Positions 39,499 to 53,090 of a DNA stretch of 64,000 nt are shown in pieces. Both the position numbers and the translations under genes were made by a program. The DNA is from Octopus sinensis (Eukaryota). The stretch covers positions 115,382,001-115,446,000 of the forward strand of contig NC_043003.1 in assembly GCF_006345805.1 (NCBI RefSeq). The letters run 5' to 3'. The first letter of the stretch is position 1; every line of letters begins with the position of its first letter. The notes below the pieces were generated by a model that saw only the letters and a program-made list of their open reading frames with translations, had not been told where the DNA came from and searched no databases.

Positions 39499-39680
39499 AA
39501 TTGAATATATTTATTCTTGCTCTCCGAGGTACGTTGCATACGAATACAACTGGTGTGGTTATACGTAGCAGGGCATTGATCATGGCTGTGTTCGATAGGT
39601 GTTGAGTTGCTACTAAAATTAGAAATGCTTAGTATTAGTCCCAACGAACCAGTAAGAGCCTCTCTTGATTGTTGCTTGTC
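39499..39680 (-). CDS. Exon candidate (DKQQSREALTGSLGLILSISNFSSNSTPIEHSHDQCPATYNHTSCIRMQRTSESKNKYIQ)
   Basis: Strong acceptor gtgtttttctaacag and donor tt|gtaagt; 60 open codons; does not splice in frame to 39168-39262. Confidence 0.25.
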
Positions 39681-39802
39681 CTGTTAGAAAAACACATTTA
39701 TTCAGCCACTCAAATCACACATCTACTGCTTCTTTTGATAAGATACATTGTACTATGTCGTACTTGATATAAATAAAGAAGGCGGTCCCGGTTCGATCCC
39801 CA

Positions 39803-40040
39803 AATACCCATTTCTTTATTACCCACAAGGGGCTAAACACAGAGGGGACACACAAGGACAGACATGGGTATTAAGTCGATTACATCGAGTCCAGTGCGTA
39901 ACTGGTACTTAATTTATCGACCCCGAAAGGATGAAAGGCAAAGTCGACCTCGGCGGAATTTGAACTCACAACGTAACGACAGACGAAATACTGCTAAGCA
40001 TTTCATCCAGCGTGCTAACGCTTCTGCCAGCTCGCCGCCT
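39803..40040 (-). mobile_element. SINE family C, single unit
   Basis: Minus strand ggcggcgagctggcagaa..gagttcaaattccgccgaggtcgactttgcctttcatcctttcggggtcgat. Confidence 0.85.
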
Positions 40041-40445
40041 TAGATCGCCAAATACCAGCTGCACTACCGGGGATGTTACGTAAACACCAATTTATCGTCA
40101 TTATATGCATAACTATTAAGCGTCAATAATAAAGAACAGAAAAGATACATCTTATGTGAAGGCAGAAAAGCTGACAGAAATGTGGCTACCAAATGCATCA
40201 CCACAGCCGCAATTACAATCATCATGTGACATCCTCCACAATATATTAACCGGAGTAGAATCTAGTTCGAACTACTTAACGTACATATAATTCACATTCG
40301 AATCAATTAGCAGCGTTACCACTTACACAGACAATGCGAATTGAATGATATACTTCAAAATAAGTGTTCTTGAGAATAAGATGCGGAGTTCACAAATATA
40401 TCAACTTTTGACAAAAATGTGAAATTTTTCACAATTATATAGGTG

Positions 40446-40858
40446 CAGGAGTGGCTGTGTGGTAAGTAGCTTGTTTACCAACCACATGGTTCCGGGTTCA
40501 GTCCCACTGCGTGGCACCTTGGGCAAGTGTTTTCTACTATAGCCTCGGGCCGACCAAAGCCTTGTGAGTGGATTTGGTAGCCGGAAACTGAAAAGAAGCC
40601 CGTCATATATATGTATATATATATATGCGTGTGTGTGTTTGTGTGTCTGTGTTTGTCCCCCTAGCTTTGCTTGACAACCGATGCTGGTGTGTTTATGTCC
40701 CCGTTACTTAGCGGTTCGGCAAAAGAGACCGATAGAATAAGTACTGGGCTTACTAAAAGAATAAGTCCCGGGATCGAGCTGCTTGACTAAAGGCGGTGCT
40801 CCAGCATGGCCGCAGTCAAATGACTGAAACAAGTAAAAGAGTAAAGAGTAAAGAGAGT
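40446..40858 (+). mobile_element. SINE family A, full length
   Basis: Nearly identical to 23607-24008. Confidence 0.9.
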
Positions 40859-41100
40859 ATATAGAAATAGCAACCACATCCTCTTCCATTTCTCATTATG
40901 TCTATTTGGAAATGGAAGGGTTCATTAGGTGAATAACTACTAAACAGAAAATGGTAAAGGCAAAAAACTGGATAGCATGATTGTAGCTGCCAGAAATATC
41001 TGCTAAGAAAGTGGCTGCCTGGGAGTAAAAATAAAGGAGGCTATCAAGTATTAGACCCCGTCAAAGGATTGTTTACAACAGCACTTATATTTAAAGGGTT

Positions 41101-41536
41101 GGCATCTTTTCGGTTTGAACGGCAGTTTTTTCTAGCAGTGTCATATGAAATTGTCACCCATAATTATGACCCTAGTATCGATCTATTGCATTTCAATCTA
41201 TTTTAGGGCTAGGGTTAGTTAGGGTTAGGGTTAAGGGTGGGGGTGAAGGGTATCTTTTTTTTTCTTCACAAATGTAAATAAACCCAATTTGTTTCTTAAA
41301 CGAGGGATATTTTCATACGGCACAGAATAATTTTTACCTCAATAGACGTCACTGATTGGTTGAAATTCCAGAAATTGAAAACAAAACCAACAAATATCTT
41401 ACAAACTATAGAATTTTCTCAATAAAGCCAAGAGAAGAATATGTTTTATAAACACATTCTACCAGTATACGAAGTTAAAAATTTTTTAGTTACCTAGAAA
41501 TTATGTTAAAAACTGCCGTTCAAACCGAAAAGATCC
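41101..41536. mobile_element. MITE-like element with ~28-bp terminal inverted repeats and internal (TTAGGG)n
   Basis: atcttttcggtttgaacggcagttttt ... aaaaactgccgttcaaaccgaaaagat; tagggttagttagggttagggtt at about 41212-41235. Confidence 0.85.
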
Positions 41537-41717
41537 AAGGGTTGCTCTATCTCCTAAAAATAACAACAGAATCACATTTGAAGTACACATCATGGAAACA
41601 AATGACAAACTGGAAAATGTTATCCTGGATAGATACGTCCCAGAAAAGTACAGGTTGATCATACACTGAACAATTCCGTTTATAGGTCTGCTGTGTCAGG
41701 CTTCACTCGGGGCTAAA

Positions 41718-42005
41718 GAACGACGACGACGACGACGATGGTGATATGACAACAACAGTAACAGCAGCAGCAGCGATAACAATAACAACAACAACAACAA
41801 CAGTGAAAACCACAACAGCAATAACAATAACAACAACAAAGTTGTGTGTAAGTCCACGTATCAGTCAGTTGTTTTGTAGTTTCCATTGTATGTGTGATTA
41901 CGTCCAATTAGGAAGAAAAGTGTTTATTGTTCAGCAAAGCTAAAGCTGCCGATCTCTGTGTGGCGGCATCGACTTCTGTTGCCATAGCAGAGTGTATGCG
42001 TGTTT

Positions 42006-42043
<38 letters not shown>

Positions 42044-42590
42044 ATGTATCTGTGTTTATGACAGTAGCGATATATATATATATATATTATGAAGAGTATG
42101 TGTAGGTGTGTACGTATCGGAGGCGGTACATCAAAGCAAAACATCAAAGCTAAGAACTACACTAGTTGTAATTGAGAATCTGTTGAAATATTGAATTATG
42201 GTTGTTAAAATGATTGACTTCCGTTTCATCTGTTGCGAGACTTAAACAGCTTCAACATCATCATCGTCATCATCATCAACAACTTAATCATCATCATCAT
42301 CAGCAGCAGCAGCAGCGGCAGCAGCGGCAGCAGCAGTAGAGGTGGCCACCAACAATAATATGAAGAGGATAATAACGAGAACTATTAAGATTATAATGAG
42401 CACGACGACGACGACGACCACGACCACGACTGCAATGACCATGATAATTAAAATGATGATGGTGCACATGCTGCCGCTATATACGATGATGATGATGATG
42501 ATGATAATGATAATGATGATGATGATGATGATGATGATCGTCCATTATCATCATCATAGTGGTGGTGATGGTCACGATTATGATGATGTT
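41718..42590. repeat. Mixed trinucleotide microsatellites (GAC, CAG, CAA, CAT, GAT) and (TG)n
   Basis: Seen directly; interspersed with unique sequence. Confidence 0.8.
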
Positions 42591-43249
42591 GATATTGAGC
42601 GGGAGAGGAGAAAGTAGAGGACGAAGGTAAAAAAAAAGAAAAGATGTATTATTAATAGCAACAGCGTTCACAGCACCAATACAATTAACAAAACTAAAGA
42701 ACTACGAAAACAATTGTAGGTAGGGCGGCGGTGGGTTGCCAAAATAATAACACCAAGAAGAACAACATGAGAATGAATGCAGGAACTGGAGCACGGCCAT
42801 TTTTAAACAAACATAAGCGTCGACTAATTTCAGCTGTAAAGAAAGAATCCGTTACCTTGGATTTAAGACCGATCTACATTTTTGGTCTTAAGTTAGATCA
42901 GGTTTATAGGGTTGACGGTAAGAAGTAGTATTACTTATCACAACGAGGAAGGAGAACATGTTGAATAAATAGGGTCTCCGAGATACTAAAGAATATACAT
43001 TGCTGGGCTATATGTGTGAAGAGAAGGGAAACGAAGCATGGGATGCGTATGCGAAATGAGAGTTGTGCTTGGTTCGCTTAGTGTACGCTCTTCGAACAAC
43101 TAGGCCAATAACCATAACAGCTCAACACACAGAAAGGGTCTATAGCCACTAGGTTAAAAAATTTCTCAGGGAAATATGCAATTCAGTTTGGTTAGACACC
43201 AACTTTTCATTTTCAAAATGTCAAGCAACTATATAGATATTGTTCGTTA

Positions 43250-43830
43250 CCTATGAAAATGGCATCTTCTAAATGGCATCCATTTTCAGCTTCACACATC
43301 CGTGTCATCTAAAAAATATGTTCCATGACAGCTGTAAGGGTTTCTCTAGTGATATTTTTCTTCAATTGCTCCAGTGTTTCTGGTTTGTTCCCATAAACCT
43401 CCTTGAGGTACTGCCACAAGTCAGGGCTTGTCAAGTTTGGGTATCGCAGTGGCGAGAGACGGTTCTTTGTCCAAAATATTGCCTCTATAACTATATTTTA
43501 TCTTTCACGATATGAACAATTACCACATCTTGCTGGAAGCATAGATCGGGCCAATTGCGAATGGTCGGACGCAAAAGGTTCTCGATCATGGACCTTCACT
43601 GCTCACCAGTCACGGCGACAGCATTTTAACCATCGTCCTCAAATAAATAAGGCCCGATTATCTCATTCAATATGATTGCACAACACACTATGCACTTTAT
43701 GTGGTGCAATTCTCTTTGGTACTCTCTGGATTTGATTAAATGGATGCGTTGTGCAGTGCCTTATTTTTCCATAGTAATTTCCAGGATCTAGTCCATGAAA
43801 TCCCCCAAAACAAAAAAGGTGAAAAAGTAA
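43250..43830 (-). pseudogene. Tc1/mariner transposase fossil (C-terminal half)
   Basis: IIGPYLFEDDG*NAVAVTGEQ*RSMIENLLRP..CFQQD..H; DLWQYLKEVYGNKPETLEQLKKNI..CEAENGCHLEDAIF; stops and frameshifts. Confidence 0.85.
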
Positions 43831-43926
43831 ATGAATTATCAAAGATTGCACCCACTCAGTGACATTTGGACCGCTCTATATATAGATACATAGGCAGATA
43901 TATAGTTATACATATATAAACATATA

Positions 43927-43979
<53 letters not shown>

Positions 43980-44059
43980 GTGTGTATGTATGCATGCATC
44001 TATGCGTGTTGTATGTATATATAAATGTGCACATATATACATCGATATAATAACATATA

Positions 44060-44104
<45 letters not shown>

Positions 44105-44111
44105 ACTTAAA

Positions 44112-44433
44112 AGACTCCGCCGGTTACGACGACGAGGGTCCCAGCTGATACGATCAACGGAACAGCTTGCTCGTGAAATTAACGTGCAAATGGCTGAGCA
44201 TTCCACAGACACGTGTACCCTTAACGTAGTTCTCGGGGATAATCAGCGTGACATAGAGAGTGACAAGGCTGACCCTTTGAAATACAAGTACAACTCATTT
44301 TTGCCAGCTGAGTGGACTGGAGCAATGTGAAATAAAGTGTCTTGCTCAAGGACACAACGCGTCGCCGGGAATCGAACTCACAACCTTACGATCATGAGCC
44401 GAATGCCCTAACCACTAAGCCACGCGCCCTCAC
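44112..44433 (-). mobile_element. SINE family D (own head + CORE-like centre + family B 3' module)
   Basis: Head gtgagggcgcgtggcttagtgg; gttgtgtccttgagcaagacac; 3' part matches about 28340-28510. Confidence 0.85.
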
Positions 44434-45158
44434 AAATATATATATATATATATATATATAAAGATATGCAAATGCATACATACATATATACATACATATA
44501 TTATATGAGGATTCATTTTGCAATTTCCGAATTTTCTATTATTTTGTTTGTAAATCTGTTAAATTAGTGAATTAATTGTATCAAATAATGCAGAAGAGTT
44601 TTGCAAGCGATTTAATTTCTGAATATATAATTATGTAATTAGTTTCAGAATTATTACGAAATAGAATCTTTACTTTCTGTGTGATACAGAATTATTTTAA
44701 TGATGGCAAGCTTATTCAGTTTCGCTGAGATTCCTATATGCTGTCGTCTTTCATTCGTAGAAATAAAAGGTGACGTGAATAGATTATATTGTTCACATGT
44801 AGCGATTAGAAGCTGATCGAAATAGTCACATTGCTAGATACCAACACGACAGAGAAAAGCAGGGAAAAAACTTTAGGAAACTAAACACGAAGCTAGAGCG
44901 AATATTTATGCGAGTTTCCACCTGGCTATAAACGAAGATCCAGCTGCATCAGGCTCTGGTCTTCTTCCTAGATTCTCTTTAGAATGAGTTTTATCTCTTG
45001 GTTTACTTTATGGTTACAACTAAAGTGACTTTCCTAGTGATGAAGAAAATAGATATTGTTGCGAGCCAATGATTCGTTGCCCTTTTAGCAGCTTCACTCG
45101 TCCTAAACATACTCAGGATATTTTGGTATTAAGTTAAGCAAGAGAATTGTAAACTTAC

Positions 45159-45324
45159 ACAATGGATAAAGTTTGCCAATCATCAACGACGAAGTTACAA
45201 TTCTCTGGCGCCTTATGTACTCTGAACACGTCCATTAGATGTCTCCAAACGATTGTCATGATTGATAATAAATTCTCATATATTCCAACTTCTGTCTTTC
45301 ATTTGCCATGTCTCTTATAGAAAT
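45159..45324 (-). other. Exon-like segment with one in-frame TGA (FYKRHGK*KTEVGIYENLLSIMTIVWRHLMDVFRVHKAPENCNFVVDDWQTLSI)
   Basis: Acceptor atattgtag and donor gt|gtaagt; TGA at 45299-45301. Confidence 0.2.
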
Positions 45325-45489
45325 CTACAATATAGGATTTCTTCAATTACAATTTACCTAGCATTTTTAAGAGTAGAATAAATCGGGTCGTGCCAGGTAC
45401 AGTTTTTAAAATTTCAACCCCAATTAAGCAAAATTTCGAGAAAACTCACATTGTGGTGTGTAAGTGAAGTGCTTTTCTTAGTGTCGGCT

Positions 45490-45525
<36 letters not shown>

Positions 45526-46271
45526 CAGAGCGATCTGCTTTACTCATGCTATCACCCTAATTTCTCCTCCTTTCTCTTTGCAAGTGTGCAACGATTAAAG
45601 TGAAAGTATTTATATAAAACGGATCACTCATGCTATCACCATAATTTCTCATACTTTCTCTTTGCGAGTGTACTTTAAACCACTACTCAAAAAAAACACA
45701 GCAAACAGAAACAAATAAATACATAACGATTTACTCCTCACACAATTTCTTCAATTAGAGTTTACCTATGATTTTTCAAAGTACTTCCATTCGGTCATGA
45801 CATACAAAATTTCTTTCAATTTCACCCCCATTTCAGAAAAAAATTGAGAAAACTACCATTTCACTTCAAAGCCTTTACTCTGCATATTACTCCCACTTCC
45901 TATTTACACACATAGACACGCAAATATATAAATAAAATTGTAAGCTAACGTGTGTGTCTGTGTGTGTGTGTGTGCGTGTGTGTGAGTGTGTGTGTGTGTG
46001 AGGGTGCGTGTGTGTGTGTGTGCGTGTGTGTGAGTGTGTGACAGGGATGAGCCAGTCAGACTGGTCATCCTTTTTGCTACAACACTGGTTCTCAGTTCAT
46101 ATTCATCAAATTAATATTCACAACAAGAAGGACTATTCATTATTATACATCAGTTCCACACATTTACCCTGGTTCCATTTCGGACAACTGCACAAACATT
46201 TGCCATTTCACACATGTATGTAAACAAATTCCTTTCTTAAAAATTTCAATTCATTTTCTTTTTCAATTCAT

Positions 46272-46789
46272 ACAAAGTTTTTTAGGACGAATATAAGATC
46301 TAAAGTATATCCAAGTAGCAGAAAGATCGCCCAAAAGTGTATATAGATATTTAAATGTATTTATATATTCATCTATACACAGATGTATGTATAATGTGTG
46401 TGTATATATTTCCATAGAGGTAACCATTCACTCCATACAAAGTTATTTAGGACGAATATAAGATCTAAAGTATATCCAAGTAGCAGAAAGATCGCGCAAA
46501 AGTGTATATAGATATTTAAATGTATTTATATATTCATCTATAAACAGATGTATGTATAATGTGTGTGTATATATTTCCATAGACGTAACCATTCACTCCG
46601 CACAAAGTTTTTTAGGACGAAAATAAGATCTAAAGTTATCTCTAAGAAAAAGAAAGATCGCCCAAAAGTGTATATAGATATTTAAATGTATTTATACATC
46701 CATCTATACACACATGTACGTATAATGTGCGTGTATATATTTCCATAGAGGTAACCATTCAATCCATACACAGTTTTTTAGGACGAAAA
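46272..46789. repeat. 165-bp tandem repeat, 3 copies plus a partial fourth
   Basis: Unit starts at 46272, 46437, 46602 and 46768. Confidence 0.95.
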
Positions 46790-47634
46790 TCTTTATATAT
46801 AAAAGAAAGGTTGTGTGTCTGTCTACTCTGATTTAGATTCCTAACTACTCCCACATTTTGCAATGCAGTTTAACCAAAACCGGGTATCTTATAGTCGTGA
46901 TTCATATCGAGCCCTTCTGCGTATTAGCGCGCGTCTACGATGAGTCTACGATTTTACAAATAAGTTAACATCATTTTTTTCCATTTTAATGCATAATTTT
47001 TAAATAAAGGGAAGTAACTCTCAAACTTCACACCAATATGCGTGCTCATATGAGACGTAATATCACATCAGCAGCATTTCCTCACACCCTCCTTGCACTT
47101 GGCGAAGGCAAAATACCAGGGGATGAAACTGGTAATATTGCCATCGATTCCATTTGTCCCTTTGTTAAGACGCCTTCTGATCTCAGAGATGCAGTGTTCC
47201 CAGATCTACAAGCTAATTATCAGAATATGGATTGGATTGGCTAAAAGGCTATACTGGCCCCGAGGAATAAAACTGTTCACCATATTAATGATGAAATGCT
47301 AAAACTCATTCCTGGGGAAGTCTATGTATATCAGTCTATCGATACAACTCCTGACCCAGAGGACGTCATCAACTATCCAATAGAGGTACTCAATTCCTTT
47401 GAGCACCCCGGACTACCACCACACTTTCTCAAACTTAAAGTTGGTGCCCCTATAATGCTCATCAGATATTTGGTTCCCCCAAAACAATGCAATGGCACAC
47501 GTTTGATCGTTAAGTCCTTATCTCCCACCGTAAACTTATATAAATATTTGCCTGAATAATCCTCATAATTCAGTGCAATCATTAACAGTAATTTCAAGCA
47601 ATTCAGCCCGAGCAACGCCTGGCAATTCTGCTAG
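46790..47634 (+). mobile_element. Non-autonomous Helitron with a PIF1-like helicase fragment
   Basis: 5' A|TCTTTATATATAAAAG; 3' hairpin cccgagcaacgcctgg then CTAG|T; NMRAH..LLALGEGK..AILAPRN..SID..YPIEVLNS..PGLPPH.LKLKVGAPIMLIR..PPKQCNGTRLIVK. Confidence 0.92.
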
Positions 47635-47635
47635 T

Positions 47636-47990
47636 ATATATATGTAAACGACAAAATGTCTGTGTGCGTGTCCTTTATACAAATCCACAATTTTTCAGTT
47701 AGAGAGCTCGCACTTTATATGGTCATTCAAAATCGTCCAAGGGTGGTCGTGCATATCTTTAAATTTCCCCAGTCACCCAGCAAAACTATTAAAAATTCAA
47801 TAGAAGTGACTTTTTTGTGAATTTTCTATCCAAAACCCAATCACAATACCCGAAACTTGATACGCCAATTGAATGCCAGCTAGCTGTATGTGATTGGTCG
47901 GAGATTTGGACAGTACTCGCATGTATGTGCGCACGCATGCAGCTGTATATGCATGCACTATGACCCGGCGTTGCCGAGTCATAGTGCTAG
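47636..47990 (+). mobile_element. Second Helitron-like non-autonomous element in tandem
   Basis: 3' hairpin gacccggcgttgccgagtc followed by CTAG|T at 47987-47991; 5' TC not seen. Confidence 0.55.
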
Positions 47991-48000
47991 TATATGTATA

Positions 48001-48143
48001 GTATTTGTAATGATTAGGAGGACGGAGCTTTTCCACATCTATAATTTCATTAAACAGTTGGTTACAGAAAACAATGATATAAATAACTGTTTAATAAAAT
48101 TGTAGATGTGGAAAAGCTCCGATCTCCTAATCATTACAAATAC
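48001..48143. repeat. 59-bp-arm hairpin with a 25-nt loop
   Basis: 48001-48059 is the reverse complement of 48085-48143 with about 4 mismatches. Confidence 0.9.
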
Positions 48144-48146
48144 GAC

Positions 48147-48564
<418 letters not shown>

Positions 48565-48835
48565 GCTCTTTCTTCGTCAGTAACCTTCTTGTCTTAACGG
48601 TAGCTTATTGTTCGCTGTTGCTCTACACAATAACGCAAGAGTACGAAACAGCGGATTCTGCCTCAGCATTGCAAATAAGCTATTTACCGTGTATTTTTAC
48701 ACAGTATTTTTACACAATTTTACACATTGTTAGAGAGCATATAAATAAATAAGAGTATTGTAAAAGTTAAAACTAAAGAAACATGATGATCATGATGATA
48801 ACGACGTGGATGACTAAGACAACAAAAACAATTGC

Positions 48836-48871
<36 letters not shown>

Positions 48872-49434
48872 CGACGATCATACTGCCCCAGATATCCCAG
48901 CTGTCTGAACAAATTAAGTTTGATATTCTGCCCGTAGTGACTTGATTATGCTTATATAAAATTAATTCTTTCTTTCTAACTATATTTGTTCTAGTGCGTT
49001 TCCTATTTTAAAAAAAATATTACGTCATAACAAAACCAGAAGTGAATCCATACAATGTTATATCACAAATAGAATCAATAACTTGCTTTGCCTCAAATAT
49101 CATTTCACTATTTATAACTCATTTTGTCTTTATCTATCTAGGTTTCTCTCGCTTTCATTATAATATATTCTCCATTATTTGCGTAATATAATCATCTAAT
49201 ATGATATAAGTTAATAAAAATATATAAGTTTATTCTGATATGTAAACGCTGTAAAAGTGTTCATTATATACACCAGACTAAATATTAAAAAAAAAATTTT
49301 CCCTACATTTCCTGGACAGATGCGTTCATGCAGACAAATATACTAAAATAAACATACCAATATGCATTCACACACCCCCCCCCACACACACACACAACAA
49401 AATAGAACCCCCTTTCTAAAAAGAAGACTCCTTC

Positions 49435-50672
49435 ACAGATAACCCCACGAGGATCAGTGAAGTACTGAATGACCTGTTCAAATGTGTTTGCTACCCGTTT
49501 GGTACCCAGACAAGTGAACGAACCAGTTGATTTCTTCGCCGCCTCACCTACAACCAGTGATGCAGCTACCATAGATTACTTCTACATTGGGGTAGAAAAT
49601 ATAATAATAGCGATAGATGAGGTGGACATAAACTCAGCTGCTGGCCCCGATGGTTTCCCAGTAATCTTCTTCAAATCGTGTAAATGTGCCCGGGCAAAAC
49701 AACAACGGATTCGTTTCCAGAGTTTTCTTTGCGCATGGCAAGCTGCTAAGCAAACTCAGGGAGAGAATAATATGTCCAATCCATAAAGGAGAAAGCAGAG
49801 CAGATGCCAAAGATTATAGGCCAATCCTTAACATCACACATCAGCAAAATCATGGAACGAATAGTCAGAGAGAAACTAAAAGCATTCCTTAAAGAAAACG
49901 TCTAGGTGAGTGATAACCAGCATGGTTTTCGACCAGGAAGGGGCTTCCTAACACACCTCCTGCAATAGTATGACTGGCTGTTGAAGCGGTTACTCGAGAA
50001 CTCAAATGTAGAAGTAATATAACTTGACTTTGCAAAAGCTTTTGATAAAGTTGATCATGGTATGATATGCCACAAACTGCGTGGTCTCGGCATAGCTGGA
50101 AAACTGGGTGAGTAGTTATATTGGCAGTGTTGGTCAATGGTACCACCTTACAAGAAACGCAAATAGTGAGTGGCGTTCCACAGGGTACTCTCTAAGGACC
50201 ACTGCTTTTCATAGTGACCCTCTCAGACAAGCCTTCAGCTGCACCGATAGCCACTCTGGCTAGCCACGCAGAGGACATGAAAGGCCCGCAAAGATTACAA
50301 AACCCTGGCGATCATGCACGCCTGCAGGAGGAGCTGGACGCAATTTACAGATGCGCCGAGGACAATAATATATAGTTTAATGCGGGAAAATTCCAAACCT
50401 TGCGCTACCAGCACCCAAACTTGAAAGAAAAAACATTCCGTGTACACGGGTCCAGGGGGTGATTACAACCTCAGAACGTAAATCAGTGCGTGACCTGGGT
50501 ATCGACATGAGTGATGATGCCTCTTTCCAAGTGCGCATTACTAAGGTGGCGGCAAATGCAGACAGTTGGCTTGATGGATCCTGAAAACCTTCAGAACCAG
50601 AGATAAGGAAACCATGATGGTCCTCTGGAGGATATTCGTCCTCAGTCGCATGGACTACTGCACCAAACTGTG
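49435..50672 (+). mobile_element. CR1/Jockey-type LINE RT region, degraded
   Basis: SAAGPDGF; PIHKGESRADAKDYRPI; NQHGFRPGR; DFAKAFDKVDHG; SGVPQGT..GPLLF; WILKTFRTRD; same family as 29130-29990. Confidence 0.9.
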
Positions 50673-50676
50673 TAAA

Positions 50677-51207
50677 AAAATTTAGCTATTCCTTCTAGTT
50701 TAAAGGGGGTTCCCAGAAAAACCAAAGCACTTGAAAACAAACTACGCAGGCAAAAGGGAAAAAACGACGAACATCATTCTATATTAGGTTATCCACGTAC
50801 GTACGTTTCGGAATTAGATCAGTATAAAGCATAAATAATAAATAATTATACCTTACCCGACCATTTTCGGCTCTTCAGCGAGGGATTACTCAATTATAAC
50901 TTAATAATTAAATTATAAATTATTAAATATTAAATTTGAAGGCACAGGAAGATATCTCTTCACCTAACGGTATCAGAGAGATCGTATTCCGTGCTAGTGC
51001 CGCCAAATTCAAAATACGACTGAGAGTCAGTCATTCTTCCCTGCCCACAACGTGTTACCAAGCACGATGCTACAGAAAGAAACTAGTTTTTAACCTAATA
51101 TAGAATGATTTTCTCCGTTTTTTTCCCTTTTGCCTGCGTGGTTTGTTTTCAAGTGCTTTGGTTTTTCTGGGAACCCCCTTTAAAGTAGAAGGAATAGCTA
51201 ATATTTT
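50677..51207. mobile_element. MITE with ~115-bp terminal inverted repeats
   Basis: tagctattccttcta..aaagggggttcccagaaaaacc..cattctatattaggtta versus taacctaatatagaatg..ggtttttctgggaaccccct..tagaaggaatagcta. Confidence 0.85.
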
Positions 51208-52084
51208 CTTTGACTGCTATTTCTAAACTTCGGTATGTGGTGAAGCAAATCGTTGTTGAACCCTATTTATAAAGTATATATTTCTCTCTCTCTATATATA
51301 TATATATACACATACATACACGTATACACACACGTGTGTGTATTTATGTATGTTTATATGTATGTATGTATGTGCTGCACCTATATTTCTGTCCAATAGT
51401 CACCCAAATACGTAACTAACGCCCACTATCACATGTCCAATATACATTCGTAAGTTTACTACAGAAGGTGCGACAATTGTTGCATGTGTTTCTCACCTCC
51501 ACTCTCGTAGCGATGGTTCTTTTATTTGTCAGAAGATTTCATTACACCTCATCATTTAAATTATTAATTCGTATTTTCTTTTGAATTATTTCTCTCTCTT
51601 TTTTCTTATTATTTCATTACTCAATATTTCTTCATTTCAGTACTCAAAAATTCAATTTACGAACATTCAGTTAAATGACTTACCTCTTAGTAAGAGAGGC
51701 CTACATCTTGATGGCGTGTTTTGAATATTCAATGTTTGATTACCAGTAAATTTACAAAGAGAGCCATCACTCTTCTCTCTCCCACCCCACCACACTACAA
51801 ATATTCAATGACATCATTTGCTGAATGCATTAGCGTCATTCAGACACAATAGCTAGCGATATTGTTTAAATGTTGAAGAGGAATCTTTCTGAAGACTGCT
51901 ATCAAAATGTAATTAATGTGTTTCAATGTTGCCTAATGATTTTAGGAGACATTCTGGTAAGTTAATGTCATGATGCAATCTCAGATTACATTGTTGTCTA
52001 ATCAGTGGATGCCTTTACAGCCTCGGCAGCAGCACACCGTTGTTAATTTGTGTTATGTAATTCGATAATTCTATATAGTTCAAC

Positions 52085-52137
52085 TTCTCTCTCTCCCTCT
52101 CTCTCTCTGAATATATATATGTATATACATATATACA

Positions 52138-52211
<74 letters not shown>

Positions 52212-52248
52212 GCTAGCTAGCTAGCTATCTATCTATCCATCTATCTAT

Positions 52249-52344
<96 letters not shown>

Positions 52345-52808
52345 ATATATATATATATGTATATATATTTATTCCTAGCAATCTAATTATTATTCTCTCT
52401 CTCTCTCAGTATACACACAGACACACACACACACATATAAAGCTATGTGCGTTTCTGTGTTTGTTTGTGTTTGTGTGTGTGTTTGTGTATGTGTGTGTTG
52501 GGGGGGGGGGGGGCATTAGTGCCCATTTAGTAGCGAATTTATAAAGCTACCTGCAAATGAAATATCATGGAAGTTGTTAGCAATCTATTGCATTCTGCTG
52601 TGAAAACCATTGTCTCCTCTTATGATTTGAAGACTCTCTAATTTAACGTATTTGATTATCCACATATCTATATCTATCTAGACAACTGTTGTATTCACCC
52701 GATTATTTTTATTTGAGACTATAACCATAAAGATAGAGAAGAGAATATGTTTGTGTGTGTTAAGGGTAAGAGTGTGTATATATAAATATGCACAGATACA
52801 TGCATATA

Positions 52809-52840
<32 letters not shown>

Positions 52841-52955
52841 GTGTACACACGCATACTCCCAAATACACACACAAATAAATATGCATATATATATATATAT
52901 ATATAGTATATATATATATATATATATAGATATATATATATATATATATAATATA

Positions 52956-53016
<61 letters not shown>

Positions 53017-53048
53017 GTATATGTATATATATATATACATATATATTT

Positions 53049-53090
<42 letters not shown>

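Noticed and set aside
41205-41240. Interstitial telomere or chromosome fusion site
   Set aside because: Only 3-4 imperfect units inside a dispersed TIR element; no head-to-head arrays.
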